Shown: positions 30,248 through 40,827, counted from the first letter of the stretch. The stretch is 64,000 bases of DNA from Pyrodictiaceae archaeon (GCA_027036135.1 JALVSY010000016.1:64001-128000), one strand, 5' to 3'. The notes: generated by a model from the letters alone, not told the origin. Numbers and translations: made by a program.

Positions 30248-31420
30248 ATGAGTAACGCGGTAATAGAGAGAATAAAGGGCATGAGCGTTGCGTGGTTCTC
30301 GTTCAACCTAGCAACCTCAGCAATAATATTATCCAGCTTTATTTTAGGCTTCATAGATCATATAGGATTGTTAATCGACTTAGCAAAGGTATTAGCAATA
30401 ATAAACTCTGCAGTCTTCGTATTTATAGTTGTACTGTATTCGATACGAGTGATCATTGGATGGCAGAGCTTCAAGGCGCTTCTTCGCAACCCGGTACAGG
30501 GCCCCTTCCTAACAGTAATATCTATAGCAACGATGGTTCTATCTCTTGACTGGAGCCTTGTCCTGCACAACATAATGATAGCCACTGTACTCTTTTATAC
30601 AGGATTAATCCTACATACGATATTGTTCTTAACGGTTATGTACTACCTCGAAAGACATCAAGGTATTGAAATACACTACATGAATCCTAGCTGGTACATG
30701 CCAGCCGTAGGCAACGTGCTAGCACCATTCGTTGGCATGGTGCTTGTGGCAAAGGGTATACCGGTTCCCAGAAGCCTCCTCGGAATCTATCTTGGAACAG
30801 GAACCATAATGTGGCTTGCGTTGTTCGCTATATGGCTATACAGAGCAATATTCTATTCCCCGCAGCCAGCAAGACTTATGGCAACGATGTGGATAAACCT
30901 GGCGCCACCAGCTGTAATACCATTGTCCTATGAAGCCCTGCTGGGGTTTACCCCAAGGGTTTACCGAGAACTCTTTAGAGAAGCGATGAAGAGTCCGGTA
31001 AGCCCCTTAGCTGTTAAGCTACTTATCGATATGTATGACTTGTTCTATTACACGTTCTGGGGCACGGCAGGTTTTCTCTTCGCCCTAGTAATGATATTGA
31101 CAATAGGGTATTTCGCAAGGAAAGAAATAGAGTTCGCTGAAAGTTGGTGGGCGTTCACATTCCCTCTAGCCGCGTACGTAATATCTACTGTCCATCTCTA
31201 TCTGCATCATCCTAGCGAGCACTGGTTGCTATACTATGCATGGTTCCTCTATATACTAACATGGATATCCTATATAGTGACGACGAGTCTGAGCATATAC
31301 TACGGATACGAAGAGACGGTAAAGAAGGTACCTAAGGAGAGGCTACCGCCGGCTGCAAGACCTTTATCAGAGGATCTAACCAAAGAGAATAGCAAGAAAA
31401 ATGGTAAGTATAAGGAGTAA
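30248..31420 (+). CDS. TDT/SLAC1-family (Mae1/TehA-like) C4-dicarboxylate transporter
   Basis: About ten TM helices; NPSWYMPAVG, WINLAPPA, FAESWWAFTFPLAA. Confidence 0.88.
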   Translation: MSNAVIERIKGMSVAWFSFNLATSAIILSSFILGFIDHIGLLIDLAKVLAIINSAVFVFIVVLYSIRVIIGWQSFKALLRNPVQGPFLTVISIATMVLSLDWSLVLHNIMIATVLFYTGLILHTILFLTVMYYLERHQGIEIHYMNPSWYMPAVGNVLAPFVGMVLVAKGIPVPRSLLGIYLGTGTIMWLALFAIWLYRAIFYSPQPARLMATMWINLAPPAVIPLSYEALLGFTPRVYRELFREAMKSPVSPLAVKLLIDMYDLFYYTFWGTAGFLFALVMILTIGYFARKEIEFAESWWAFTFPLAAYVISTVHLYLHHPSEHWLLYYAWFLYILTWISYIVTTSLSIYYGYEETVKKVPKERLPPAARPLSEDLTKENSKKNGKYKE

Positions 31421-31510
31421 TTCTGTTTCTCCGGTACGGCGCAATACGTTTTAGGCCTTCAGCTTCCTCATTATCTCCATGGATGCGTTCGTTGGGGTGT
31501 ATGTGTCGTA

Positions 31511-32902
31511 ATGGGTGAAGAGCGCAAGACTATTGACTGGTATGAGTTTGCTCGTCGTCTCCACAAGTTCTATGAGGGGAAAATAGAGGTTCTCCCAAAG
31601 GTCCCCATAGGCAAGATGGACTACTACTCGATCTGGTACACTCCTGGCGTGGCTGGGCCAGCGAAGGATGATGCCGAGAACCCGGACGAGACTTTTCATA
31701 ATACATGGAGATGGAACGCCATAGCGGTTGTTAGTGATGGTACACGTGTACTCGGGCTTGGGAAGATAGGGCCTGAGGGAGCCCTACCCGTAATGGAGGG
31801 TAAGGCTCTTCTCTTCAAGGGCCTTGGAGGCGTAGACGCTATTCCCCTCGTGCACCGTGCACGTGACCCAGAGAAATTCCTGGAACTCCTAGAGCTCATA
31901 GAGCCTAGCTTCGGAGGCATAAACCTAGAAGATATCGAGAGCCCTAAGTGCTTCTACATACTCGACGAGGCGAGGAAGCGCCTCAACATCCCGGTGTGGC
32001 ATGACGATCAGCAAGGCACGGCAACAGTGACGCTGGCCGGCCTCATTAATGCAGCAAAGCTCACGGGAAGGGACCTTAGGAGGTCAAAGATAGTCCTAAT
32101 CGGCGCGGGTGCAGCGAACATCGCGCTATATAGGTTGTTAAAGGCTTATGGGGTCCCCCCGAAGAACATAACAGTTCTCGACTCCAAAGGGATACTGCAC
32201 CCCGGTAGACCCGATATAGAGAAGCTGAAGAAGGAGCATCCCTGGAAGTACCAGATAGCAATAGAGACCAACGGTGGCTGGAAAGGCCCAGTCGATGGCG
32301 GTATACCGGAGGCGCTGGACGGCGCCGAGATCGTCGTGGCCGCGTCGAGGCCAGGCCCTGGCGTGATTAAGAAAGAATGGGTAGCGAAAATGGAGAAGGA
32401 CGGAATACTATTCGCCGAGGCAAACCCTGTCCCGGAGATATGGCCCTGGGAAGCCAAGGAGGCAGGCGTCAAGGTGGTTGGCACTGGTCGCAGCGACTTC
32501 CCCAACCAAGTTAACAATAGCCTCGCCTTCCCGCCAATATTCCGCGGAGTACTAGACGTAAGAGCTAGGACAATAACCGATGAAATGGCAATAGCTGCTG
32601 CAGAGGCATTAGCCAAGTACGCCGAGGAGAAGGGCCTCCACGAGGACTATATACTCCCCACGATGGAGGAGTTTGATGTATTCCCAAGAGTAGCTGCAGC
32701 AACGGCCGCTAAGGCTGTCGAGCAGGGTGTGGCGAGGCTCAAGAGAAGCTATGAGGAAGAACTAGAGATAGCTGAGAAAATAATCAAGTCAACTCTCGAG
32801 AAGTATGAGACACTATACCGAGCTGGCCTTATCAAGGCGCTCCCAGAGGACATAGAGAGGGCTATAGAGGGCCTAAGGAAGCAGAGAGAATCGGGGCACT
32901 AA
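31511..32902 (+). CDS. mae: NAD(P)-dependent malic enzyme
   Basis: YTPGVA, SDGTRVLGLG, PVMEGK, INLEDI, HDDQQGT, GAGAA, GRSDFPNQVNN. Confidence 0.96.
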   Translation: MGEERKTIDWYEFARRLHKFYEGKIEVLPKVPIGKMDYYSIWYTPGVAGPAKDDAENPDETFHNTWRWNAIAVVSDGTRVLGLGKIGPEGALPVMEGKALLFKGLGGVDAIPLVHRARDPEKFLELLELIEPSFGGINLEDIESPKCFYILDEARKRLNIPVWHDDQQGTATVTLAGLINAAKLTGRDLRRSKIVLIGAGAANIALYRLLKAYGVPPKNITVLDSKGILHPGRPDIEKLKKEHPWKYQIAIETNGGWKGPVDGGIPEALDGAEIVVAASRPGPGVIKKEWVAKMEKDGILFAEANPVPEIWPWEAKEAGVKVVGTGRSDFPNQVNNSLAFPPIFRGVLDVRARTITDEMAIAAAEALAKYAEEKGLHEDYILPTMEEFDVFPRVAAATAAKAVEQGVARLKRSYEEELEIAEKIIKSTLEKYETLYRAGLIKALPEDIERAIEGLRKQRESGH

Positions 32903-32924
32903 TTATCTAAAACTTTTCACATTT

Positions 32925-34004
32925 TACCTGCCCGGAGATCCTCTCGAGGAATGGGTGAACAAGGTATTTGTGCTCAAGCCGCAGTACCCGGACAAGCCCC
33001 CAGCCCGGGTCGATCCCGGGAAAGCAGTAATCAAGAAAGTGGAGCTAAATGAGCTTGTATTAGATAGGAAGCTGATAAGACAGCTAGTATCCCTTCTCTC
33101 CGAGGCCCATTACCGCATGGAGCCCGACTACATACTCACCTTGCTCGAGTCGACGACTCATAGGATATACTCGGTGATGCTAGAGGGCATACCGGTCGCC
33201 GTAGCCGATGTAACTGTGGAGAAACCAGAGTACCCGGAGAAAGCCAGGCTAAGCCTCAAGCTATTATCCATAGTGCTTGGCGAGGAGCCCGGGTTCTGTG
33301 CTGCACGTGTTGTCAGGATAGCTGTTCATCCCTCGTTGCAGCGCAGAGGCCTAGGCTCAAAGCTGCTAAGAGCCATAGAGGAGGACACGCTGAGAGAGGG
33401 CTGCACGGTCGTCACAGCTCTCTATGGTAGACACGATGTTATAGGGTTCTGGCTAAATAACAACTACAAGGTCTACTATATTAGCCCAAGGTTCAACAAG
33501 GTAACAGGTGAGAAGAACATAGCAGTAATCAAGCCACTAACACCAGGAGCAAGCAAGGTCGTGAACCAAGCCATTCGAGGCTTCACGAAGCACCTCCTCC
33601 TAGCCCTTCACAGTATCTACCGAGACGTAGCAGCCGAGAACATCGCTGACATAATAATGTCTACAACTAGTCTCGGGAAAGTACTCGGTATCGAACAAAA
33701 CCTAGAAGAGGTAAGGCACGCCCTACAAGTGCTAGGGACTGACAGGGAGCACCTAGAACAAGTAGCATCAACCATCTACTTAGCCGCTCTCTCCTCGCTA
33801 CCAGGCAGCGCCAAGAGACTCGCAAGAGACGAGCTAGTAGCACTAATAGCGTATATCCTCCAGGGGAAGCCACTAAACGATGTAGCCAATATACTGGGCT
33901 CACCACTACACGCTACACGGGAGAAAATAGCCCAAGCAGCAACAAAGCTGCTCCAATACATAGCCAATGAAGAAGCATCTCCACGCAGCACCGAGCCCCA
34001 CTAG
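32925..34004 (+). pseudogene. tmcA: C-terminal half of TmcA/Nat10 RNA cytidine acetyltransferase
   Basis: YLPGDPLEEW, AHYR.EPD, VVRIAVHPSLQRRGLGSKLL, GFW, TGE.N; no N-terminal/helicase domain. Confidence 0.72.
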
Positions 34005-34202
34005 GCCGTGACGAGAGGGCAAGGTGCAGAGGCCCCTTATTTACCAAAAGCATTGAAAAGGGTCAAGTATTTATTATACTGAAAAACATAAATAATAAAA
34101 TATATAATATTATCCTAAAATAGGCTAAGTATCTTAATAAAAAGCAGCGATTGATAGCATTCAACTATTATACAAGATCGTTATGCTTTTCGTTTTCTAA
34201 GG

Positions 34203-36200
34203 CTAAGGGCTTTTATGCGTCGGCAGGTCGGGCGGGTGCGGCGGTATACCACCACCGCTGCTTGGGTTAAACTCCACCTCGTAAGTCATTATAAAGGGCG
34301 CAATAGGGCTAAACGCACCAGCAGTATTACTATAACCTAGATACTGATCATATCTATATATAACTACATGTACTTGTACACCAGGCGGTACATTGCTTAT
34401 TCTCTCTAGTTTCACGACAGTTGTAGACGCATCTCTGCTCGTATATGCAAAGCTCAGCACCATGCTAACAATGCTTAAGAGCTTCTTCGCTGCCTGGGAC
34501 GCCACAGATACAACGAGCTTTTTAAGAGCCTGCTGAGCAATACCAGTAGCAAGACCTGCTAAGGCCCCCGCGTTAGCTGAATGCATACCAACAACATCTA
34601 TAGTCTCATTGGACACGCTACTACTAGTTATAACTTTATCATAAATCTTTACTAGCGTTATATCAACGTCCGATATCTCGTCAGAGTATTTCGTGTAGAG
34701 TTCATTGTATTTGCTATCCCATGGCCCTAGAGTTGTTCCGTGTAATGTATTTTGTAGTATCACGTCATCGTATAGCGGTGTAAACGCTATTATTGGGACC
34801 ACGCGCCAGAACATATGGAGTTCCCCGTCATAATAATTATAGATATAGACGGGTTCAACGTAGTAATCTATATAGACTCCGTCGCCGTGCCATGTCCGTT
34901 CTATATTCGCCGTTATATAGCTTATTTGATGATCTGCCGCCTTTATTGGGGACATCGATGCACCTCCTAAACCTATAAGGAGTAGACTGTGTTCTTTTCC
35001 TAGTATGATTTCTCCTAGTGCTGTTACGCCGCATTTATAGTAATGATACTTAGCCTGAGCCATAGATACAATTATTGTTGGGTTACCTCTTGCACAGTTA
35101 CTACCGCATTTACCTATTAGTGTTATTAGTGGCATCTCGTGGAGTAGTTCTTTCTTATTTACTGGTGTGATGCTTTTCCACTCTACGTTTTTGCCAGCCA
35201 GTCTTGACCAGAAGGTGCTTAGCTTCATTAGGCCGGGGTTGATGTAGTGGTACCAGTGGGTGATTGCTGCTTCTACTGGTGCTACGCAGGAGGAGGGTAC
35301 GTAGACTGCTGAGCCGAAGACTTTGCGGAAAGTGTTGTAGACTTGCTGCGGGTTTGCCCCGGAGAGGTGGTTGGCGAAGCTTTGCGGCATGTTTGAATAG
35401 TATAGCGAGGTGAGTGCTATGAAGTCGTCGTAGCTGAAGTCGTAGCCGTACTCTGATTGATAGATTATGTAGTTGTCTGGGGTTACTACGTCGTTGCAGG
35501 TTAGGCTGTATGTTGTGGGCTCTATTTTTGCGTTCTTTGGTGGCTTTGGTGTACTCATATTGTAGACTCTATGGACTATGGCGCTATAGACTGGTGTTGC
35601 ATTGACTACGGCGAAGTTGCTTGGAGGCACTATGAGGATGCTTCTGTGAGTATATATGTAGTAGGGATCCCTCATTACCGCGTAGAACGCTTTCTCGGGA
35701 TCGTGTAGGTCTTTTAGGGCTACGTCATAGCTACCTATCACCGCTGTGGCTATGTAGTGGTGCCCCTTGTCGTCATAGAGGTAGAGGGTTATAGTAATAG
35801 TTGAGGCCTCTCTGGTGCCTATCTGCGTCGATGAATATGCCGGAATAGTGCCTCTCCTAGATAGCTCTGCTAGTGCTTTCTTGGAGAACCTGATTATCCG
35901 CTGTGCGGGTAGTGTCACTGATATGCTCTGGGCTCCTCGTGGTATAGTCTTCGTAACTGCAATACCCCAGATTCCTGGTGCTGTTCCTTTTACCCTGACC
36001 CAGCCATAGAGCCCCTTAGCTCCTGGTACAAGCCTATTGATACCCGTGACAACTACTGTGAGGCTGCTATTTTGGTGTATAAACCTCGGTATTATGAGGA
36101 ACGCTGTTGCCGCTACAGTGCTAGCTAATAGTATAGCTACTATTAGAAGAGAGAGGCTCTTCATAAGTGCTGCCCTATTTCCTAGAACCATACCTGGCAC
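34203..36200 (-). CDS. Large secreted/membrane-anchored hypothetical protein
   Basis: 665-aa ORF with N-terminal hydrophobic helix, Tyr/Thr/Ser/Asn-rich body and Pro-rich tail; AT-rich flanks. Confidence 0.8.
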   Translation of the reverse strand: MPGMVLGNRAALMKSLSLLIVAILLASTVAATAFLIIPRFIHQNSSLTVVVTGINRLVPGAKGLYGWVRVKGTAPGIWGIAVTKTIPRGAQSISVTLPAQRIIRFSKKALAELSRRGTIPAYSSTQIGTREASTITITLYLYDDKGHHYIATAVIGSYDVALKDLHDPEKAFYAVMRDPYYIYTHRSILIVPPSNFAVVNATPVYSAIVHRVYNMSTPKPPKNAKIEPTTYSLTCNDVVTPDNYIIYQSEYGYDFSYDDFIALTSLYYSNMPQSFANHLSGANPQQVYNTFRKVFGSAVYVPSSCVAPVEAAITHWYHYINPGLMKLSTFWSRLAGKNVEWKSITPVNKKELLHEMPLITLIGKCGSNCARGNPTIIVSMAQAKYHYYKCGVTALGEIILGKEHSLLLIGLGGASMSPIKAADHQISYITANIERTWHGDGVYIDYYVEPVYIYNYYDGELHMFWRVVPIIAFTPLYDDVILQNTLHGTTLGPWDSKYNELYTKYSDEISDVDITLVKIYDKVITSSSVSNETIDVVGMHSANAGALAGLATGIAQQALKKLVVSVASQAAKKLLSIVSMVLSFAYTSRDASTTVVKLERISNVPPGVQVHVVIYRYDQYLGYSNTAGAFSPIAPFIMTYEVEFNPSSGGGIPPHPPDLPTHKSP

Positions 36201-36305
36201 CGTTTTAGCGTTATATTATAGATAGCACCCGCTAACTATAAGAGCTAAACGTCTATAGAGTAAAAGTTATAGCGGGTGTTATCTATAATATAATGGCTTC
36301 TTTCG

Positions 36306-36869
36306 CTACTCTAGTATGTATTCCTTGGATACTGTGATGCCTTTCGACATTAGCTTTGCTGCGCAACGGGTACAGTATGCTGGTTTCTTGTAGTCTACTT
36401 CTAGGATGCTGTTGCTGAAGCTCATTACGCATAGTGGGTTCGGGCAGTGTTCTAGGCCGAAGGCGTGGCCTAGTTCGTGCATGGATTCCTTGAGCAGTCT
36501 CTCCATGAATAGCTCCTTGTCCGGCTCATAGCCGTAGTACTCTGGTCTCAGCCTCGGCGTGTACACAACCGCTACACCCTCCCCGAGGAGCGCCTCGCCG
36601 AAGACAAAGTTAAGGGCATCAGCATACGCGTCTACCCCCGCAACCACTAGTACAGCGTCTGTGCTCAGGGCTTCTCGTAGAGCAGCTGCAGCGAAGAGTA
36701 TTTGTTCGCTGCGATACTGGCCACGGGCCTCGTTATAGGATCCAGGCGGCGGCTCCATTTCCTTGTCCACGGCCTCTACAGTAGCTCCGGGGTAGACTCT
36801 TGAGAGTAGCCTTGCTAGCTCTAGTACTGTGTTCTTGTCCTCTAGCATCGGGACCAGTACTAGTCTCAA
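36306..36869 (-). CDS. amzA: Archaemetzincin Zn protease
   Basis: HELGHAFGLEHC...CVMSFSNS...D.K...YC..C. Confidence 0.95.
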   Translation of the reverse strand: MRLVLVPMLEDKNTVLELARLLSRVYPGATVEAVDKEMEPPPGSYNEARGQYRSEQILFAAAALREALSTDAVLVVAGVDAYADALNFVFGEALLGEGVAVVYTPRLRPEYYGYEPDKELFMERLLKESMHELGHAFGLEHCPNPLCVMSFSNSILEVDYKKPAYCTRCAAKLMSKGITVSKEYILE

Positions 36870-36893
36870 GACTAGGCCGTCACTCCCCCTAGA

Positions 36894-36998
36894 CTATCTC
36901 TGGGCCATGTAGGCTAGGAGGTGGAGCAGGAACGCTAGGAGGAACAAGAGGGAGCCTATCACTATGGCTAGGAGTCTTCCCCGCTTATTACTCGCCAA
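36894..36998 (-). CDS. Small single-TM protein (34 aa)
   Basis: TTG start, MASNKRGRLLAIVIGSLLFLLAFLLHLLAYMAQR*; fills the gap upstream of amzA and is shorter than any ORF in the track. Confidence 0.6.
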   Translation of the reverse strand: MASNKRGRLLAIVIGSLLFLLAFLLHLLAYMAQR

Positions 36999-37108
36999 GG
37001 CTGGGGCGCTCTCCGGGAAAAGTACCAGTTACCTGCATAGCGGATTAAATATCGTTAACCACCAGGCTAGCCCGGGGAATCGGGTAAGGCGTCCTACTGG
37101 GGATATCA

Positions 37109-38578
37109 TTGAAGCCCTACGAGCTACCTGCCTGGAGACTCCGCGAGGAATTAGCCAAGGGAAACATAGGGGTCGATGAATACGTTGGCTCCATCTTTGA
37201 CAGGATTGAGCGCCTCGAGAAAACATTGAACGCATATATTACGCTGCGTAGCCGCGAGGAGCTAGAGACTGATATGAAGGAAGCTATTAGGAGAGGAGGC
37301 AAATTAGCTGGAGTGCTTGTCGCGGTTAAGGACAATATCCATGTTGAGGATCTGCCTGTTACCTGTGGCTCCCAAATGCTGGGCAACTATATAGCACCAT
37401 ATAATGCCACTGTTGTGGAGAGGCTTGCCGCCGAGGGAGCAGTAGTGATTGGGAAGACGAATATGGATGAGTTCGCAATGGGCTCCACGGGGGAGACGAG
37501 TGCCTATGGCGCTACGAGGAATCCCTGGGACACGGATAGGGTCCCCGGTGGTAGTAGTAGTGGTTCTGCAGCAGCCCTGGCAGCTGGTCTCGCGACCCTC
37601 GCTCTCGGCAGCGATACGGGGGGCAGCATACGGCTGCCTGCCTCGTGGACCGGGCTTTATGGGCTTAAGCCAAGCTATGGCCTTGTCTCCCGCTTCGGTC
37701 TCGTAGCATACGCTGATAGCCTCGAACAGATAGGCCCCATGGCACGGGATACTCGGGACCTAGCACTATTACTCGACGTTATAGCCGGCTTCGATCCCCG
37801 CGACGCTACAAGTATCCGTGAGAAGCCGAGAGGACTCCTAGAGGCCGTTGAGAAAGGCTATAGCGAGGAGCTACGCGGCCGCAGAATAGTGCTTGTAAAG
37901 GACTTCCTTAGCCATCCCGGGGTCGATAAGGTTGTTAAGTCGCTGCTAGGGAGAGCCGCCTCCCTGCTTGAGCACCTCGGAGCAGAGGTTGTTGAAGCAG
38001 AGCTTGGGAACAAGGTGGTAGACTATGCTCTTCCAGCTTACTATGTAATAGCCATGGCCGAGGCTAGTAGTAACCTGGCAAGGTACGACGGAGTACGCTA
38101 TGGCCCCAAGGAGCCTCCGAGGCCCTGGGAGAGCTGGAACGAGTACTACTCGAGGATAAGGGCCAAGTACTTCGGCACAGAGGTTAAGATGAGGATAATG
38201 CTTGGTTCTTGGATGCTTAGTGCTGGATACCGAGACCAGTACTATATAAGGGCGCTTAGGCTCCGAAGACTTGTTAGGGATCAGCTGCTAAGCCTGCTCA
38301 AAGAGAGTGATGCATTACTGCTCCCATCTGCTGTTACTCTTCCCCCGAGACTAGGCGAGGTAATAGACGACCCTGAGAAAATGTACGCGCTGGACCTGGC
38401 TAACGTGCTTGCCAACCTAGCCGGTTTACCGGCAATAACGGTTCCGATTAGCCGTGTCGCCGGGATACCCATGGGGGTACAGCTGCTTGGTAATTATCTA
38501 AATGAGCCCGGGCTTTTACAAATAGCTGCTGCATTAGAGAGCACTACAAAGCTAAGAGACCTAGTTGCGGAGCCTTAA
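37109..38578 (+). CDS. gatA: Asp/Glu-tRNA amidotransferase subunit A
   Basis: KDNI, KTNMDEFAMGS, PGGSSSGS, GSDTGGSIR, EASSNLARYDGVRYG. Confidence 0.96.
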   Translation: MKPYELPAWRLREELAKGNIGVDEYVGSIFDRIERLEKTLNAYITLRSREELETDMKEAIRRGGKLAGVLVAVKDNIHVEDLPVTCGSQMLGNYIAPYNATVVERLAAEGAVVIGKTNMDEFAMGSTGETSAYGATRNPWDTDRVPGGSSSGSAAALAAGLATLALGSDTGGSIRLPASWTGLYGLKPSYGLVSRFGLVAYADSLEQIGPMARDTRDLALLLDVIAGFDPRDATSIREKPRGLLEAVEKGYSEELRGRRIVLVKDFLSHPGVDKVVKSLLGRAASLLEHLGAEVVEAELGNKVVDYALPAYYVIAMAEASSNLARYDGVRYGPKEPPRPWESWNEYYSRIRAKYFGTEVKMRIMLGSWMLSAGYRDQYYIRALRLRRLVRDQLLSLLKESDALLLPSAVTLPPRLGEVIDDPEKMYALDLANVLANLAGLPAITVPISRVAGIPMGVQLLGNYLNEPGLLQIAAALESTTKLRDLVAEP

Positions 38579-38695
38579 AAATATGCTCGGTAGCCCGCCT
38601 CTCTGCTCTTCTCCTGGCTAAGAGTTGTTGCTCGTTGCTGTACAGCCGAAGTTCTATTAGTTCCTAGGATACTTGAGTAGGAAAATGGTGAGTAT

Positions 38696-39118
38696 ATGGT
38701 ATATATCGATAAAAATGAATTAAGAGAAAATAATTCTAAAGACGTATATCCTACCAAGGACATACTGGGGAGACCAATAAAAGACCTCTCGAATACCGAG
38801 TGGTGGGGCATTCCGAGAAAAGAAATAGAGTGGTATCCTCGCATAGACTATGAGCGATGCATAGGCTGCGGCCTATGTTTCTTCACTTGCAGTGGAAGAG
38901 TAGTATATGACTGGGACTTTGAGAAAATGAGGCCAGTAGTCGCACGCCCCTATAACTGCATGGTGGGGTGCGATACATGCGCCAAGATGTGTCCTAGGGA
39001 TGCGATACTCTTTCCTCCCCTCGGGTATCTGAGAAAGCTACGCGACAAGGCACAAGCCATTGTACAGTCCAGGCAGAGGCTTAGGGAGCTACGCGAAAAG
39101 ATCTGTACGAGTAAATAG
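38696..39118 (+). CDS. 2x[4Fe-4S] ferredoxin-family protein
   Basis: WYP.IDY..CIGCGLCFFTC and CMVGCDTCAKMCP. Confidence 0.9.
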   Translation: MVYIDKNELRENNSKDVYPTKDILGRPIKDLSNTEWWGIPRKEIEWYPRIDYERCIGCGLCFFTCSGRVVYDWDFEKMRPVVARPYNCMVGCDTCAKMCPRDAILFPPLGYLRKLRDKAQAIVQSRQRLRELREKICTSK

Positions 39119-39158
39119 CTACGCAAGTAAATCGGAACTAGGGCCAAAGGGAACGCTG

Positions 39159-39533
39159 TTAGAGAGGGGCGTCTTCCTCGCTAAGGATTTTTCTCGGCTC
39201 GATAGCGATATAGGCCCATCCATTATTAAGATGGATCGTTGCGGCGCGGAGAGCGAGCCACGTTTCGGGACTAACCTGGGTAACTATGTCGAGGCCGCGG
39301 CGATTTCGGTAAACCTGGGCTCCGAGTCTGAAGAGGTATGAGGCTAGGTCGCGGAGCCCAAGCTTGACTGGGATGCGGATAACTATGAGCTCGTACTCGA
39401 GGCGTAGAATGACTTCTCCATTACTCATATACGTGTACGCCTCTATGTCGTCGAAAAACATTCTCATGGACTCCATTACTTCTGAGATTCGGGGTAGGCC
39501 CCTCTTGTCTCGTGCATCTAGTACTTTGTTCAC
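39159..39533 (-). CDS. Hypothetical protein
   Basis: 124-aa ORF with a GGGTGA SD-like motif upstream. Confidence 0.6.
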   Translation of the reverse strand: MNKVLDARDKRGLPRISEVMESMRMFFDDIEAYTYMSNGEVILRLEYELIVIRIPVKLGLRDLASYLFRLGAQVYRNRRGLDIVTQVSPETWLALRAATIHLNNGWAYIAIEPRKILSEEDAPL

Positions 39534-39690
39534 ATGTGTTCACCCACAGAGGGGAATTAGTGAACCCACTTGGTGGCCTCGTAGAAACACCTTGGTGGGA
39601 GGAACTAGTATATTTGCTTTATGTCCTCTCTAGTACCGTATCTGCCCGCTACATATCTACACGGTTTCCTTCCCTGTAGCAGAGTGAGTG

Positions 39691-40827
39691 CTAATGAAAC
39701 ATCCCCATGGCGGCCATGGCTACGAAGTATATCATGAGAAGTGCTAGCCCAAAGGGCACACCGATCCTCATCCACTCCTTTGATTTTATCTTCAGTCTTG
39801 CCGCCGCTACTATGTTTGGTATGTTGCCTGGTATCATCATTCCACCGGATATGAGGAGACCCATCAGTGCGGAGCGTATCTGGTCTATATGTAGGAATGG
39901 GCCTATCTCCGCTGCTGCCAGCGTGGCGTTATCAACTATCGCTGAGACCATGTTCACCCAGTAGATTATATATGAGGGTATCTTGGAGAAGTACCACTCT
40001 ATTAGTGGAGTGAATCCTGTACCGAGAAGCTCTAGCGCTGCAACGAAGATGTATACGCGTATGGCGCGAAGAGTTATGCCCGCTAGTGTTTCCTCGTACT
40101 CTAGTTCCTCGAATACCGATAGGTCTATATTACTTGCTACCCCTTTGCCTGCGCACAGAGCAGTGTAAAGTGCAACACCTATAACACCCGGTATTACTAG
40201 GTCGCCGAGCTTCTTGAGCAGGAAGTCGAAGCCAGCGTGATATGGTGGTCCAGAGAGCTTGTGGACAACAATGGTTGCTAATGGTTCTCCTACCGGTGTT
40301 AGCGCAGCTCCCATGCCTAGGGCGAATGCCGCGAGTACTGTGACCTCTACCTTCTTGCTCCGTGGGAGAGGGAGCGCAGCCATTATCTCGGAGTAAAGCA
40401 CTGCCGCGACTATTACCGAGATTATGCTGCTTGTTAATCCGAGAAGCGTTACTATAATAAATATGAACCAGGTTAGCCCAAGCTTTGTTAGCAGTTTCCC
40501 TATGCCACGGTAAATAGGTCTATAGTAGTAATAGAAGGCGAGCCCAGCGAGAAACACTACCTGTGTTATCCCGATTGGTATTCCGTGGAGCATTACGGGG
40601 GCTAGCAATGCGTTCTTAGCTAGTTTAGGGACCTCGCTTCCCGGCAATATACCGGCAAGATATATTGATGTAACAGCTATTATACCCATTAGGAGGAAGA
40701 AGGGCTCTAAGTTCTCCTCTACCTTACGGGACACTAATGGTAAGACGAGAACAAGTACCAATATACCAAAGAGAGTAGCAACAACACCAAGTACAGGCTC
40801 ACCAATATTAAGGGTAATCATCTCCAT
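39691..40827 (-). CDS. DUF1646 family membrane protein (putative cation transporter)
   Basis: VEENLE.F, GAALTPVGEPL, SAIVDNATLAAAEI, SGGMMIPGNIPNI. Confidence 0.9.
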   Translation of the reverse strand: MEMITLNIGEPVLGVVATLFGILVLVLVLPLVSRKVEENLEPFFLLMGIIAVTSIYLAGILPGSEVPKLAKNALLAPVMLHGIPIGITQVVFLAGLAFYYYYRPIYRGIGKLLTKLGLTWFIFIIVTLLGLTSSIISVIVAAVLYSEIMAALPLPRSKKVEVTVLAAFALGMGAALTPVGEPLATIVVHKLSGPPYHAGFDFLLKKLGDLVIPGVIGVALYTALCAGKGVASNIDLSVFEELEYEETLAGITLRAIRVYIFVAALELLGTGFTPLIEWYFSKIPSYIIYWVNMVSAIVDNATLAAAEIGPFLHIDQIRSALMGLLISGGMMIPGNIPNIVAAARLKIKSKEWMRIGVPFGLALLMIYFVAMAAMGMFH

